Positions 18,062 through 28,155 of a DNA stretch of 52,179 nt are shown here, in pieces. The position numbers and the translations under genes were made by a program. Origin of the DNA: Candidatus Yanofskybacteria bacterium RIFCSPLOWO2_02_FULL_45_18 (GTDB lineage Bacteria > Patescibacteriota > Minisyncoccia > 2-02-FULL-40-12 > GWA2-44-9); the NCBI GenBank assembly GCA_001795795.1, contig MGKV01000021.1:15855-68033 (forward strand). Reading direction: 5' to 3'. The notes under the pieces were generated by a model. The model had not been told where the DNA came from. It searched no databases and saw only the letters and a program-made list of their open reading frames with translations. Position 1 is the first letter of the stretch. Each line of letters opens with the position of its first letter.

Positions 18062-18388
18062 ATGAAGACGACATTGGCTGGCTTTTTAACAACGAAACTG
18101 TATTTAAGGAAGCAAGAATCCAAGAGCCCCCTTATTGCGGTTACGGATAAATTGCGGCTTGGACTTGAAATTAAGAATATCAACGAGATTTTGGAAAAAT
18201 TTTTGAAACTCTTTGACGATACCAGCGGCCGGGATTTTACGTCCGAGGAACAAAAAACCGCCAACAAACTGCGCGAAGAACTCAATGAGATCGGCCTGCA
18301 GATGGTTGATGCAAAAGTTTTCCATACCAAAGAAGGCAACCGTGAAATGGAAATTATTTTTTACGATTATCTGGGCTTGCCCAACTAA
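18062..18388 (+). CDS. Hypothetical protein (similar to the next ORF)
   Basis: GGAG RBS; fills the polA-mutM gap. Confidence 0.6.
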   Translation: MKTTLAGFLTTKLYLRKQESKSPLIAVTDKLRLGLEIKNINEILEKFLKLFDDTSGRDFTSEEQKTANKLREELNEIGLQMVDAKVFHTKEGNREMEIIFYDYLGLPN

Positions 18389-18397
18389 CAGGAGTGA

Positions 18398-18673
18398 ATG
18401 ATGTCACATGGACGGACGGTTGATGATTTGACCGAAGAGGAGAAGGAACGCGCCAAACTTTCGGCAGTTCGTTTTAAAGAATTGTTGGAGATCGCATTTA
18501 ATGTGGATGCGCGCCACAACAAAGCCGAGATGGCTACGGCGCTAAGCGTTCGTAAGGAACTGGAAGAAATGGGTTTTACAATAACGTGGAGCGCCAACAT
18601 GCCTATGGGTTACCATGGAGATTACAGAATCGAAATTGACATTGTGCTATGGTTGCCCAAAATGGTGCAGTAA
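18398..18673 (+). CDS. Hypothetical protein
   Basis: AGGAG RBS; hairpin terminator after the stop. Confidence 0.65.
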   Translation: MMSHGRTVDDLTEEEKERAKLSAVRFKELLEIAFNVDARHNKAEMATALSVRKELEEMGFTITWSANMPMGYHGDYRIEIDIVLWLPKMVQ

Positions 18674-18717
18674 CCGGCCAATTGACGAAATGGCCGGTTT
18701 TTTAAATAATTGCCAAC

Positions 18718-19662
18718 ATGCCAGAGCTTCCTGAAGTACAAACTACCGTCAACTTTCTTCGCAATAAAATAATCGGCCTGAAAATCGTGGATTTTTGGGC
18801 GGATAAAGAAAAACCGATTCGCCAAGCCGGTGGGGCCGCTAAGTTTAAAAAAATGGTGGTTGGCGCAAAGATTAAAAGTGTCTGGCGCCGCGCCAAGTAT
18901 ATCGTCGTTGATTTGGAGGGGCCGTATACAATCTTTATCCACCAGAAGATATCGGGTCATTTGCTGTATGGAAAATGGCAACAATTGACAGTTGACAACA
19001 AACATTTGACAGACAGATACGGTCAAAGGTCTGACGAAGAATGGATAAGCAAAGAAGGGGGGCCATTAAAAAATGATAGGAAAAACCAGTATATCCGCTT
19101 AATTTTCTTTCTTTCAAACGGCTACCAGCTGGCGCTGTCGGATTTGAGGCGGTTTGGGCGGGTAATTTTAGTAAAAGACGATAAACTTACTGATGTCAAA
19201 GAGCTGAAGGGTTTGGGGCCGGAGCCGTTTGACCTGTCCCTGCTTCAATTTAAAAAACTTTTCAGAAAATCCTTCGGCGGAGCTCGGGACAAACGGGGCA
19301 AGTTGAAGCCGGTGCTTATGGACCAGACATTCGTCGCGGGTATCGGCAACATATACGCCGATGAGATATTATGGGAAGCGGGACTGCATCCGTTGTCCCG
19401 CGTGGAGCATCTTTTGACTTACGAGATTGAAAAAATATACAGGGCGATGATTAAAATTTTGAAAAAAGCGGTTGAATTGCGGGGTTCAAGCATGGACGAC
19501 TACCGTTTGCCGTCAGGTGAAATGGGCAGAGCCCAGCTTTACCATAGGGCCTACCAGAAAACTGGCGACAAGTGCGCCAAGCATGACGGCGGCGTAATTG
19601 AACGAATCAAAATCGGGCAAAGATCAGCGCACTTTTGTCCAAAACATCAAGTATTGAAGTAA
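18718..19662 (+). CDS. mutM: Formamidopyrimidine-DNA glycosylase
   Basis: MPELPEV, RRAKY, DLRRFG, LMDQTFVAGIGNIYADE (H2TH), C-terminal zinc finger. Confidence 0.96.
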   Translation: MPELPEVQTTVNFLRNKIIGLKIVDFWADKEKPIRQAGGAAKFKKMVVGAKIKSVWRRAKYIVVDLEGPYTIFIHQKISGHLLYGKWQQLTVDNKHLTDRYGQRSDEEWISKEGGPLKNDRKNQYIRLIFFLSNGYQLALSDLRRFGRVILVKDDKLTDVKELKGLGPEPFDLSLLQFKKLFRKSFGGARDKRGKLKPVLMDQTFVAGIGNIYADEILWEAGLHPLSRVEHLLTYEIEKIYRAMIKILKKAVELRGSSMDDYRLPSGEMGRAQLYHRAYQKTGDKCAKHDGGVIERIKIGQRSAHFCPKHQVLK

Positions 19663-19713
19663 CTAGTTCGTATTGTTATTGACCTTTATTTTTCGGGGTG
19701 ATACATTAGAACT

Positions 19714-19992
19714 ATGGCAGAAATTACTAAAGAATATTTTGATAAGTCGCTTAAAAACCTTGCTACCAAGGGTGATTTGGATAATCTTGCCACCAAGGAT
19801 GACTTAGTTCAGCTTGAGCAAAATTTAAAGAATCATGTTGAAAAAGAAATTTTTAATCTTGCGGAGGTAAATGCCAAGAGCTTTGAGCGTATTGAGAGAA
19901 AACTTGAACAGCGGGAAGAACGGGTTGATCGTCTAGAACATGATGTCAAAATGATTAATCAAGTCCTCTCCACCTTCAAATTCATTCCATAA
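19714..19992 (+). CDS. Small coiled-coil protein with ATKxDL repeats
   Basis: LATKGDLDNLATKDDL and heptad pattern. Confidence 0.75.
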   Translation: MAEITKEYFDKSLKNLATKGDLDNLATKDDLVQLEQNLKNHVEKEIFNLAEVNAKSFERIERKLEQREERVDRLEHDVKMINQVLSTFKFIP

Positions 19993-20282
19993 GAGAAAAG
20001 CCGCCCCACGGTGGCTGAAGCCACTCGCCTACGGCGAGGGCGTTCTCTAATGGGATTCATGAGATAGAATGAGTGCTAGTTTCACCAAAACGGCTCATTG
20101 TATGAGCCGTTTTGGTTCAAAGTAAATATATTTTGTTCAGTTTTGACACTGCACGATGCTTGGCGGAACCAATCATAAACGCCCGATAAGTGTGCGATTG
20201 ACAGCGATTTTTAATTGCGGGATAATCCTCGCATTAGTTAGGTTCCAGCAACTTAACAATTTACCAGTTATAGGAGAAGGAT

Positions 20283-22577
20283 ATGAAGAGGTTATTTTTG
20301 GTTGCCGTATGCTTTTTTGTATTTTTGGCCGCTAATGCGGCTATGGCCGACGACTATCTGATTACGGGAGTCATCGCCACGGAACAGAATGGAGAGCAAA
20401 CCATTATTCCCCGCGCAGTTACTATGAGCGAACAAGAAATGTTTCGGCAGATGATGGCCGATCCGCTTGGGTTGATATTGCCCCAACAACAGGCATATCT
20501 GGACAGTTTGCCATCCGAATATGTGATAATTCCCAAAGAGGGGTATTCTTTTGAAGAAGTTGCTGGGTTTCTTGCGGCGCTTGGCGTAAAAGATGTTGTT
20601 CCGGCTTCAATCGGCGATATTCCCATGTTCAGCGGAGCAATCTTGGTGAAAACTGACAACGTTATCGCCGACAGAATCAACCGAGAGCCGTGGATTAAAA
20701 ACTTTTACAGGAACAATCTGGTTTTTCTTGACGGGGACATGGCCGGTTTTACGGAAAAATATGCCGGTCCCGATAATCCCGATACCTTGACCGCGCGGGG
20801 AAACCGAAAAGTTGTCGTAGGGGTAGTTGATACCGGCGTGTCCAAAAAAATGCGCGGCGCCAATTACGCTCCCGGCCCGGAATCAACCCGTTTTGCGACA
20901 TTCATCCAGCCCGACCGCGTCAAGCATAACTTTAAATTCAAACTGCGGGCGGGGGAGCGGTATATCAACTACACCGTTTTCTGGCCGGGTGTGTTCGGTT
21001 CATTTCCCCAGTCGGATGTGGATATTGACCTTTATTTAAAGGACTCCCACGACCGGATCGTCATCAGAGCAAAAAACCGCGGCAGCGTGCCGCCTTCGGA
21101 AAGAATTGAATATGATGCCGGATTGTCCGACAAGGACAGGACATTCACGGCTGAAATGAGAATCGTCTCTTGGGGCAATTCGCCGGTTTTCAACTATCCC
21201 GCATTTGGCGTGCCCATGTGGGCGAACAAGATAACCATGCGGACGGAAGTGGCCAGCCATCCCCGCAACATTGAAGTAATGCTCGGAGATGAGATTCACC
21301 AGCAACCGCCCGACGGCTTTCCGTCTTGGAACAACACTTGGAAGGTCGGATACTTTACTCTTCGAGGCAAGCGTTATCAAGTGACAGCTAGCGATATGTA
21401 TGACCGGACGCAATGCGCCGGACCGCCGGAGTATGACCAATACAAGCAGTACATTTTCGTCGGAGTTGGAGACGGATTTTCAATCAGAGACATGGATACA
21501 AATACCGAGGTTACCAAGGGTGTCGGCGAGTGCGTTGATACACCCTATGGAAAAATGTATCAACCGCCGCAATTTAATCTTGGCGGAGCAACCTATCAGC
21601 TAAACTATCTTTTTAACGTTTCTTACGAACTCTACCTGCGTTTCGGTTCCATAATTACGCCCCAGCAAACGCTGCTGGGAAATGATGTCATTTCTTTCAC
21701 CAAAGTTTCATGGAATTCCGGTGTTTTCGGACCGGCCGATACTACTTACGACTTTCTTGGTCACGGCACCGGTGTGGCAGGTATTGTTGTCGATAAAAGT
21801 TACGGCTCGGCAAAGATATATAACGCCAAGGCGTTCGGAAGCAGTTATTTGGTCTATGGCGTGTGTTCAAGCAACAGTGTCTGGACTTATTGCGTGCAGG
21901 GCGTTGCCGCTTCCACGGTTGATATTATCAACGCCCTTCACGGTGCCGTTGACCACGGAGCAAAAGTCATTAACGCAAGTTTCAGCGCCCATTACTCTCT
22001 GCCGATAAGATGTTCAGACCTTTTAATGAGCCAGTATATCCAATCATTGGTTGATAGCGGGGTGGTAGTGGTTGCTTCCGCGGGAAATTATGGGACTTCC
22101 AGTCCAATGGGAGCTCCCGCCTGTATACCCGATGTGATTACCGTGGGCGCGGTTGCTACTAGCGACCTTAACCATGTGACGGATTACTCGCAAAGAGGGT
22201 CGACGCTTGAAGGCGTCATGAAACCAGATGTGGTTGCCGAAGGAGGGGATGACCCCGCCGTTACATTGGTATGGGAGCACATCGCCAATTTGAGCGCCAA
22301 CGGGAAACTGGTTTGTCGGTCAAAGCAGGAATGGTCTCGGTTTGGCGTGACAGACCTTGTTTCGCCCAAGCTACACAAAATGTCGGGGACAAGCTTCTCC
22401 GCTCCCGAGGTTTCGGCGCTGGTCGCGCGGATGCTCGCCAAAAACCGGCATCTTACTCCGGCGCAGATTAAAGAGATTATCATGTCCACAACCGATGACT
22501 TGGGTTACCCGCTTGAGGTCCAAGGCGCCGGCCGAATCAATCCCGATGCCGCTCTTGCGGCCACTCCCGATCCATAA
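20283..22577 (+). CDS. Secreted S8 subtilase with a large internal insertion
   Basis: Signal peptide; VGVVDTG (Asp), GHGTGVAG (His), SAGN, SGTSFSAP (Ser), QGAGRIN. Confidence 0.9.
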   Translation: MKRLFLVAVCFFVFLAANAAMADDYLITGVIATEQNGEQTIIPRAVTMSEQEMFRQMMADPLGLILPQQQAYLDSLPSEYVIIPKEGYSFEEVAGFLAALGVKDVVPASIGDIPMFSGAILVKTDNVIADRINREPWIKNFYRNNLVFLDGDMAGFTEKYAGPDNPDTLTARGNRKVVVGVVDTGVSKKMRGANYAPGPESTRFATFIQPDRVKHNFKFKLRAGERYINYTVFWPGVFGSFPQSDVDIDLYLKDSHDRIVIRAKNRGSVPPSERIEYDAGLSDKDRTFTAEMRIVSWGNSPVFNYPAFGVPMWANKITMRTEVASHPRNIEVMLGDEIHQQPPDGFPSWNNTWKVGYFTLRGKRYQVTASDMYDRTQCAGPPEYDQYKQYIFVGVGDGFSIRDMDTNTEVTKGVGECVDTPYGKMYQPPQFNLGGATYQLNYLFNVSYELYLRFGSIITPQQTLLGNDVISFTKVSWNSGVFGPADTTYDFLGHGTGVAGIVVDKSYGSAKIYNAKAFGSSYLVYGVCSSNSVWTYCVQGVAASTVDIINALHGAVDHGAKVINASFSAHYSLPIRCSDLLMSQYIQSLVDSGVVVVASAGNYGTSSPMGAPACIPDVITVGAVATSDLNHVTDYSQRGSTLEGVMKPDVVAEGGDDPAVTLVWEHIANLSANGKLVCRSKQEWSRFGVTDLVSPKLHKMSGTSFSAPEVSALVARMLAKNRHLTPAQIKEIIMSTTDDLGYPLEVQGAGRINPDAALAATPDP

Positions 22578-22696
22578 TAGCCCCTAACAGTTATTTCGTC
22601 TTTTTCGTGACTAGCTTGTCCCCGTACTCATGCGTGAGTATGAGGCAAGCTGGCCGCTTTTTTGTTACTTACATCAGGCGTGATATAATAAACAGT

Positions 22697-23179
22697 ATGA
22701 ATAATGCCAAATTTCAACACGGCATCGCACCGATTATAATAGTACTGATTTTAACTGCCGCGGGGGCGGTACTTTGGCTTTATCAAAATAGTGGCATGGA
22801 CGGCTGGAGTAAAATCGCGGGCGGGGGGAGGATTTTGTCATTTGCCGTTGAACCATCGCGCAAAGAGGGCGGGTGGACGCTATACACTTACGGGGCGAAG
22901 GCAATTTTCAAAGGCGAGAAACTGTTGAGCGTGGAACTACGCTACTCTCCGACTGGCGCAGGAGCAGGAAATGGGCAACCCGATGGCTATAAGCTAGGCA
23001 ATATGGCGCGGCTTGAGCGATGCGCGGCAGGACAGGAGTGTTCGCCAGATATGCCGGACATGTGGTTTTATAACATGCCTAAAAATTTAACAGCCACCAA
23101 CTTTTGGGCCGTTGCCAAAGACGCCCAAGGCAATACGCTAAAAAGCAATGACTTAGGGAATGTGGGATATGAGGAGTAA
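22697..23179 (+). CDS. Membrane-anchored protein with a prepilin-like N-terminus
   Basis: KFQHG|IAPIIIVLILTAAGAVLW; start set at ATG 22697. Confidence 0.65.
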   Translation: MNNAKFQHGIAPIIIVLILTAAGAVLWLYQNSGMDGWSKIAGGGRILSFAVEPSRKEGGWTLYTYGAKAIFKGEKLLSVELRYSPTGAGAGNGQPDGYKLGNMARLERCAAGQECSPDMPDMWFYNMPKNLTATNFWAVAKDAQGNTLKSNDLGNVGYEE

Positions 23180-23256
23180 CCTACAACCCACAATATAGAA
23201 CATAAATCCAGTATTGCGACTGGTTTTTTGTTCTCTTTTGTGATTATCTGGGATAG

Positions 23257-24246
23257 ATGTACCGGCTGAATCTCAACAAAATTTTAGTCATTTTGGGCGT
23301 GATAGCGGTAATTATGGTTGCCGTTTTTTTAACTTGGTTTTATAAGCGGGATATTACGATAAGCAACAAACAGGAAGCAAAGAAAAGCGTAATCACGGGT
23401 TTAGAATGCGAGAATGCCACCCGACGGCCGGTGGCGGTGATGCTGGCGGGGGACAAAGAGGCGCGGCCGCTTTCGGCTATATCGCAGGCGGACTTGGTCG
23501 TAGAAATGCTCGCGGCGCCCAATGGCATCACCCGTTTCATGGCTGTTTATCAGTGTGAAGAACCAAAGGAGATTGGCTCGGTGCGTTCGGCGCGAGACGG
23601 TTTTACCGACCTTGCCGGCAGTTTTGACGCAATTTTTGCTCATTGGGGCGGAGAGCGCGGCGCTTTGGAGCGACTTGACGGTCAGGTAATTGATAATATT
23701 GATGCCATGAAATATGAGGGCGCGACATACTATCGTAAAAAAGGCATCAGGCAACCGCATAACGGTTTTACCTCTTTTGAACTTTTGTGGGGCAAGGCCA
23801 AGGAACTTAAATACCGGTTAGACAATAAATTTGCCGGTTATCCCCACAAGGAAGGCGCCGGCGCCAAGAATCTGGCCAACTTGGTTGATAATATAAAAAT
23901 AAATTATCCCGACCCGTTCGGTTCGGAGTGGAAATATGACACTAAAACAAACGACTACGCGCGTTACCGCGACGGCAAAAAAGAAACCGATGCCAGTGGC
24001 GGGGAGGTTCGCGCCGGCGTGGTTATAGTCATGAAAACAATTTCCGCGCCCCTTCGCGACCAGTATGTTGACGTGGAGGTTTACGGCGAGGGCGAAGCGC
24101 AGATATACCAAAACGAAATATCTATAAGTGGCAAATGGAAAAAAGACCGGACGAGTATTTCAAGCAAGCTGTATTTTTACGACTTCAGCGGCAAAGAGAT
24201 AGAATTCGCCCCAGGCAAGATTTGGATTGAGATTGTAGCAATGTAA
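23257..24246 (+). CDS. DUF3048 (YerB-like) membrane-anchored protein
   Basis: RPVAVM, ARP...ADLVVE...ITRFMAVY, IGSVRSAR, PHN motifs. Confidence 0.88.
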   Translation: MYRLNLNKILVILGVIAVIMVAVFLTWFYKRDITISNKQEAKKSVITGLECENATRRPVAVMLAGDKEARPLSAISQADLVVEMLAAPNGITRFMAVYQCEEPKEIGSVRSARDGFTDLAGSFDAIFAHWGGERGALERLDGQVIDNIDAMKYEGATYYRKKGIRQPHNGFTSFELLWGKAKELKYRLDNKFAGYPHKEGAGAKNLANLVDNIKINYPDPFGSEWKYDTKTNDYARYRDGKKETDASGGEVRAGVVIVMKTISAPLRDQYVDVEVYGEGEAQIYQNEISISGKWKKDRTSISSKLYFYDFSGKEIEFAPGKIWIEIVAM

Positions 24247-24488
24247 ATTTCGCTTCCACCACCCCCCTGTCTCACCGGTGCGGATTACAGTAGGGCAAAA
24301 TCTGCCTCGGCAGCTACGATTTTGGGTAAAAATGCAGGTGTCCCGTCATTAGCATTCTGACCCATTTTTACCACCCATCCGAAATCGCTTAACGCTGGAT
24401 TCGCCAAGTAATTCTCAAAAGCCGTCGCAGGGCGGCCTTTGATTTTATAAACTATAAACTATAAACTAGAAACTAGAAACTTTTATTC

Positions 24489-25442
24489 ATGCTCATCTTT
24501 CTCTACGGCCCTGACAAATACCGCTTGCGCGAGGGGTTGGGCCAAATTATCGTTAGTTACAAGAAAAAGCACTCCAGCGGAGTGAATATTTTTGACTTTG
24601 ACTTCTCTGGGCGCGAGATGACGGCGGAAAAGCTAGCCGATACGGTTAAAAGCGTTGCCTTTTTTAACGAGGTCAAACTTGTTATCGCGAGGGATGTTTT
24701 CTCTGCGGGCGCGGCGCAACAAGTTGAGGAACTTATAAAAGAACAAAAACTGGGCGAATTAAGAGATGTCGTTTTGTTGGTTTGCGAAAACCAAGACGCC
24801 AAAGCGCTAGGGGCCAAAAACAAAAGTTTATTTAAATTATTGAGCGACAAAGCCAAGCCCGTTAAAGAGTACCTCTTCCTTTCCGGCGTTAAACTGGAAC
24901 AATGGGTGAAAAGCCAATTTGCGGCGCGGGGTTGTTCCGCCGATACCGGCGCGGTGCGGCAACTTGTTAATTTGGCTGGCGAGGACAGCTGGGCTTTGAC
25001 AAACGAAACAGACAAGCTAAGCAATTTCCGGCAAAACATCACCACTGCGGATGTCGCGCGGTTGGTTTCGGGCAAAGCAGAACAGAATATATTTGAATTT
25101 ACCGATGCTTTGGCAAACAAACAAAAGGCAAAATCTTTTGAGATTCTTTTTAAAGAATTGTCCGGCGGCCGCGAGCCGCATTATATTTTTTCCATGATTG
25201 TTTACCAGTTCCGTAACCTGCTGGCGGTTAAAGATCTGGCCGAACGGGGGCTTAACTTATCGGCAATCCAGCAGAAACTAAAATTGCATCCGTTCGTGGC
25301 GCGAAAACTTGTCGCGGCATCCCAAAAGTTTTCGTTGCCTGACCTTAAAGCAAAATATCAAATGCTCTGCGGCTTGGACATCGCATTCAAAGAGGGGAGA
25401 GTCGACCTCACCGACTCCCTCTATAATTTTGTGCTGGCTTAA
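24489..25442 (+). CDS. holA: DNA polymerase III delta subunit
   Basis: MLIFLYGPD, NETDKL, NIFEFTDAL, LHPFVARK, DIAFKEG. Confidence 0.92.
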   Translation: MLIFLYGPDKYRLREGLGQIIVSYKKKHSSGVNIFDFDFSGREMTAEKLADTVKSVAFFNEVKLVIARDVFSAGAAQQVEELIKEQKLGELRDVVLLVCENQDAKALGAKNKSLFKLLSDKAKPVKEYLFLSGVKLEQWVKSQFAARGCSADTGAVRQLVNLAGEDSWALTNETDKLSNFRQNITTADVARLVSGKAEQNIFEFTDALANKQKAKSFEILFKELSGGREPHYIFSMIVYQFRNLLAVKDLAERGLNLSAIQQKLKLHPFVARKLVAASQKFSLPDLKAKYQMLCGLDIAFKEGRVDLTDSLYNFVLA

Positions 25443-25463
25443 TAAAAAGCTCCTGATGGGGTA

Positions 25464-26978
25464 TCAGGAGTTGGTGTTTAGCACAATGTGGTCTTTTCCG
25501 TTAAAGGTGAAAAGTTTGCCTTTGTCGCCGAGGCGGGTTTCAAGATGGACCGAGCGTTTCCAGATCTTTTGGATATTCTCAATCGTGTCTTTGGCATATT
25601 CAATATCCATATCTACGCCTTCATGCTGGTGCAAAAGATAAAGCTCGCCACGGTTCTTGTAGTTGGAGTTTACAATGCGGATGATCGGCTGGCCGAAGTT
25701 TGTCAGCAAGAAAAGCAATTTTTGCTTGACGGCCTGAAAGTCGCGGTCGGAGATCTCGTACATGCCGGTTATCTCATTGAGTTTATGGGTAAAAAGCTTA
25801 TGTTTTTCGCAGAATTCTTTGGTCAGGAAATTATCAATGAAAGTAATGTCGTTAGCGACGCGGCGGACATGAAAGATCTTTTGCCGCCCGATGCCCAAAT
25901 GCAAATCCCAGTCTTTACGCTTTTGCATATCGTCGCATTCATTGTATTCCTTGCCAAAACGCCCCTTGTTCCAGCGTTCCTCAACATCACGGTAAAGCTC
26001 AACTCCAAGCTTATAGGGGTTGATGGTGCCCGGCATGGAGCCAAGCGTCCCCGAATGATGATCGGCATAATCAACCAGTTCGGAGTCACGCATGGCCTTT
26101 TCGGTCATAATGGTAGAGTGCCAATAGACGGCCCAGCCCTCGTTCATGATTTTGGTGGCCCGCTGGGGCGCGAAGTAGTAGGCCTCGTCTCGGATGATTG
26201 AAAGAATAACCTTCTGCCAGTTTCCAATAGGCGCGTTATCAATCAGGAACATCAGAATATCCTTTTCCGGATTGAGCGGGAACTTGTATTTCTTCTGCTC
26301 CTCTTCTTTCTTAAGCCGCGCCTCTTCTTCCTTCAGCGCCTCTTCTTTGTTAACAAAGCCACTCATATAATCCTTGGCCGGAAACCGGGTCGGTTGGATT
26401 TTCTCTTTTTCGCTCTCCTCATCCTCTTCCTTTTTATGTATGTCCGCAGTTTTGGAAACAGTTTGCGGCCGCTTGATAAAACAGGAATGAAAGTCAACGA
26501 GGTCGTCAATGGAAAGGCAGATATCCAGGAACTTCTCCACCTCTTCAAAACCGTACTTGTCAATGTATTGCCGGATGAGGGTGGCATGGTTGGCCATGCC
26601 GTCCATCATTTTTCTTGGAGTGGCGGAAAACCAATAATTATTCCTGAAAAAGTCAGTATGCCCGTAGACATGGGCGATCACGATTTTCTGGTCAACTAAA
26701 GCGTTATTCTTGAGCAGGTAGGCGTAGGAAGGGTCGTTGTTAATGACCATTTCGTATATCTTGTGCAGACCGTAAGCATAGGACTTTTTGAGGTGGTCAT
26801 ATTCCATGCCGAAGGTCCAATGCGGGTAGCGGGTGGGGAAGCCGCCAAAACTGGCGACTTCATTCATCTGCTCAAAATCCAAAACCTCAAAGATCGTTTC
26901 AAACGGGTCTAGGCCATATTCAATGGCGTAACCCTTTATTTCATCGCGGACTTGTTCCAGTTCAGGTGTCAGGTTCAT
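25464..26978 (-). CDS. spoVR: SpoVR/YcgB family protein
   Basis: [42 protein letters not shown]. Confidence 0.96.
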   Translation of the reverse strand: MNLTPELEQVRDEIKGYAIEYGLDPFETIFEVLDFEQMNEVASFGGFPTRYPHWTFGMEYDHLKKSYAYGLHKIYEMVINNDPSYAYLLKNNALVDQKIVIAHVYGHTDFFRNNYWFSATPRKMMDGMANHATLIRQYIDKYGFEEVEKFLDICLSIDDLVDFHSCFIKRPQTVSKTADIHKKEEDEESEKEKIQPTRFPAKDYMSGFVNKEEALKEEEARLKKEEEQKKYKFPLNPEKDILMFLIDNAPIGNWQKVILSIIRDEAYYFAPQRATKIMNEGWAVYWHSTIMTEKAMRDSELVDYADHHSGTLGSMPGTINPYKLGVELYRDVEERWNKGRFGKEYNECDDMQKRKDWDLHLGIGRQKIFHVRRVANDITFIDNFLTKEFCEKHKLFTHKLNEITGMYEISDRDFQAVKQKLLFLLTNFGQPIIRIVNSNYKNRGELYLLHQHEGVDMDIEYAKDTIENIQKIWKRSVHLETRLGDKGKLFTFNGKDHIVLNTNS

Positions 26979-28078
26979 TTTCCTTTCCCCAAAAATGTCT
27001 TGATGGAGTCCAAAATTTCATCTGTGCTGTTGATTTTGGAAATGGCCACATTCGGCTCTTTGCCGATTTCTGCTTCCATTTCCCCCATAAAATCTCCGCT
27101 GCCGTAAGCGCTTTTGACCTGTCCATAACAAAAAAGGTTTGCCACGGGCAGAAGTTCCGTTTCAATAATTACCAGCGAGTTAATGGTGTCATCATTGTCC
27201 CGATTATCTCCATCGGAGAAATGAAAAAGGTAAATGTTCCAGTCGTTGACGGGAAACTGTTCCTTGATCATTTGGCTGCAGAGCTTATAGGCCGAGGAGA
27301 TCTTGGTCCCACCGCCCTCGCGGATATAAAAGAAAGTATCATGATCAACCTCTTTTGCCACGGCGTCATGGACAATGTATCGCAGTTCTATGTGGGCATA
27401 TTGCGAGCGTAACCAGGTATCAATCCAGAAGGCTTCAAGACGCACAATCTCTTTTTGCTCCGTCCCCATTGAGCCGGAGATGTCCATCATATAGATAATA
27501 ACGGCGTTGCTTTCAGGTACTTCAACAAGTTTCCATGTTCGGTAACGCTCGTCTTCCCGCACTGGAACAATGACCGGGTTCTCAAAATTATAGGTGCCCG
27601 AGGCAATCTGCCGCTTCAGGGCTTCTTTGTAGGTGCGCTTAAAATAGCGCAATGACTTTGGTCCGCTACGGGCGATGCTGGTATATTTTCCTTTTTCGCT
27701 GGAAATATTCTTTTTGCCGCGTGGCTGGATATTGGGCAATTCCAGTTCTTCACCCATCATTTGGGCCAGTTCTTCAAGAGAGATTTCAACTTCAAGGATG
27801 TGAGCGCCGGGCTGGTCGCCGGCTTTGCCGCTGCCTTGGGGACCGGCCGGGCCGAGCACCGTGCCGATATCGCCGTCACCTTGACCGACACCGCCGGTTT
27901 GGTTGGGGTCAAAACGAAAACGCGGCAGGTCAATGCGGGGAACGGGGATAGAAATTATTTGCTTGCCTTTCTTGCCGATGAGCTCGCTGTTAGTTATGTA
28001 TTTCTTGAGCTCTTTTTTGATCTTGCCGTGAACGATCTGACGAAAACGCTGATGGTTTTTCTCAATGTTTAGAACCAT
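26975..28078 (-). CDS. yeaH: YeaH/YhbH (DUF444) vWA-like protein
   Basis: MMDISGSM, GGTKISSAY, WNIYLFHFSDGDN; sits between prkA and spoVR. Confidence 0.93.
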   Translation of the reverse strand: MVLNIEKNHQRFRQIVHGKIKKELKKYITNSELIGKKGKQIISIPVPRIDLPRFRFDPNQTGGVGQGDGDIGTVLGPAGPQGSGKAGDQPGAHILEVEISLEELAQMMGEELELPNIQPRGKKNISSEKGKYTSIARSGPKSLRYFKRTYKEALKRQIASGTYNFENPVIVPVREDERYRTWKLVEVPESNAVIIYMMDISGSMGTEQKEIVRLEAFWIDTWLRSQYAHIELRYIVHDAVAKEVDHDTFFYIREGGGTKISSAYKLCSQMIKEQFPVNDWNIYLFHFSDGDNRDNDDTINSLVIIETELLPVANLFCYGQVKSAYGSGDFMGEMEAEIGKEPNVAISKINSTDEILDSIKTFLGKGK

Positions 28079-28155
28079 ATTTTATCCTGTTTTTAAAGTA
28101 CAATTTCAAGCTTACTCAACAAAAATAGCGGTTTTCACCGCTAAATGCAAGTATG

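Noticed and set aside
20053-20079. Second CIRCE (GAGTGCTAG half-site)
   Set aside because: No matching left half 9 bp upstream.
22611-22653. Fourth member of the TGTCC 38-bp palindrome family
   Set aside because: Imperfect, shorter, lacks the GGACA end and is followed by a T-tract; more likely the subtilase terminator.
24250-24262. tmRNA or tRNA 3' end (CTTCCACCA)
   Set aside because: No T-arm (GTTCRA) upstream and no matching 5' acceptor strand.
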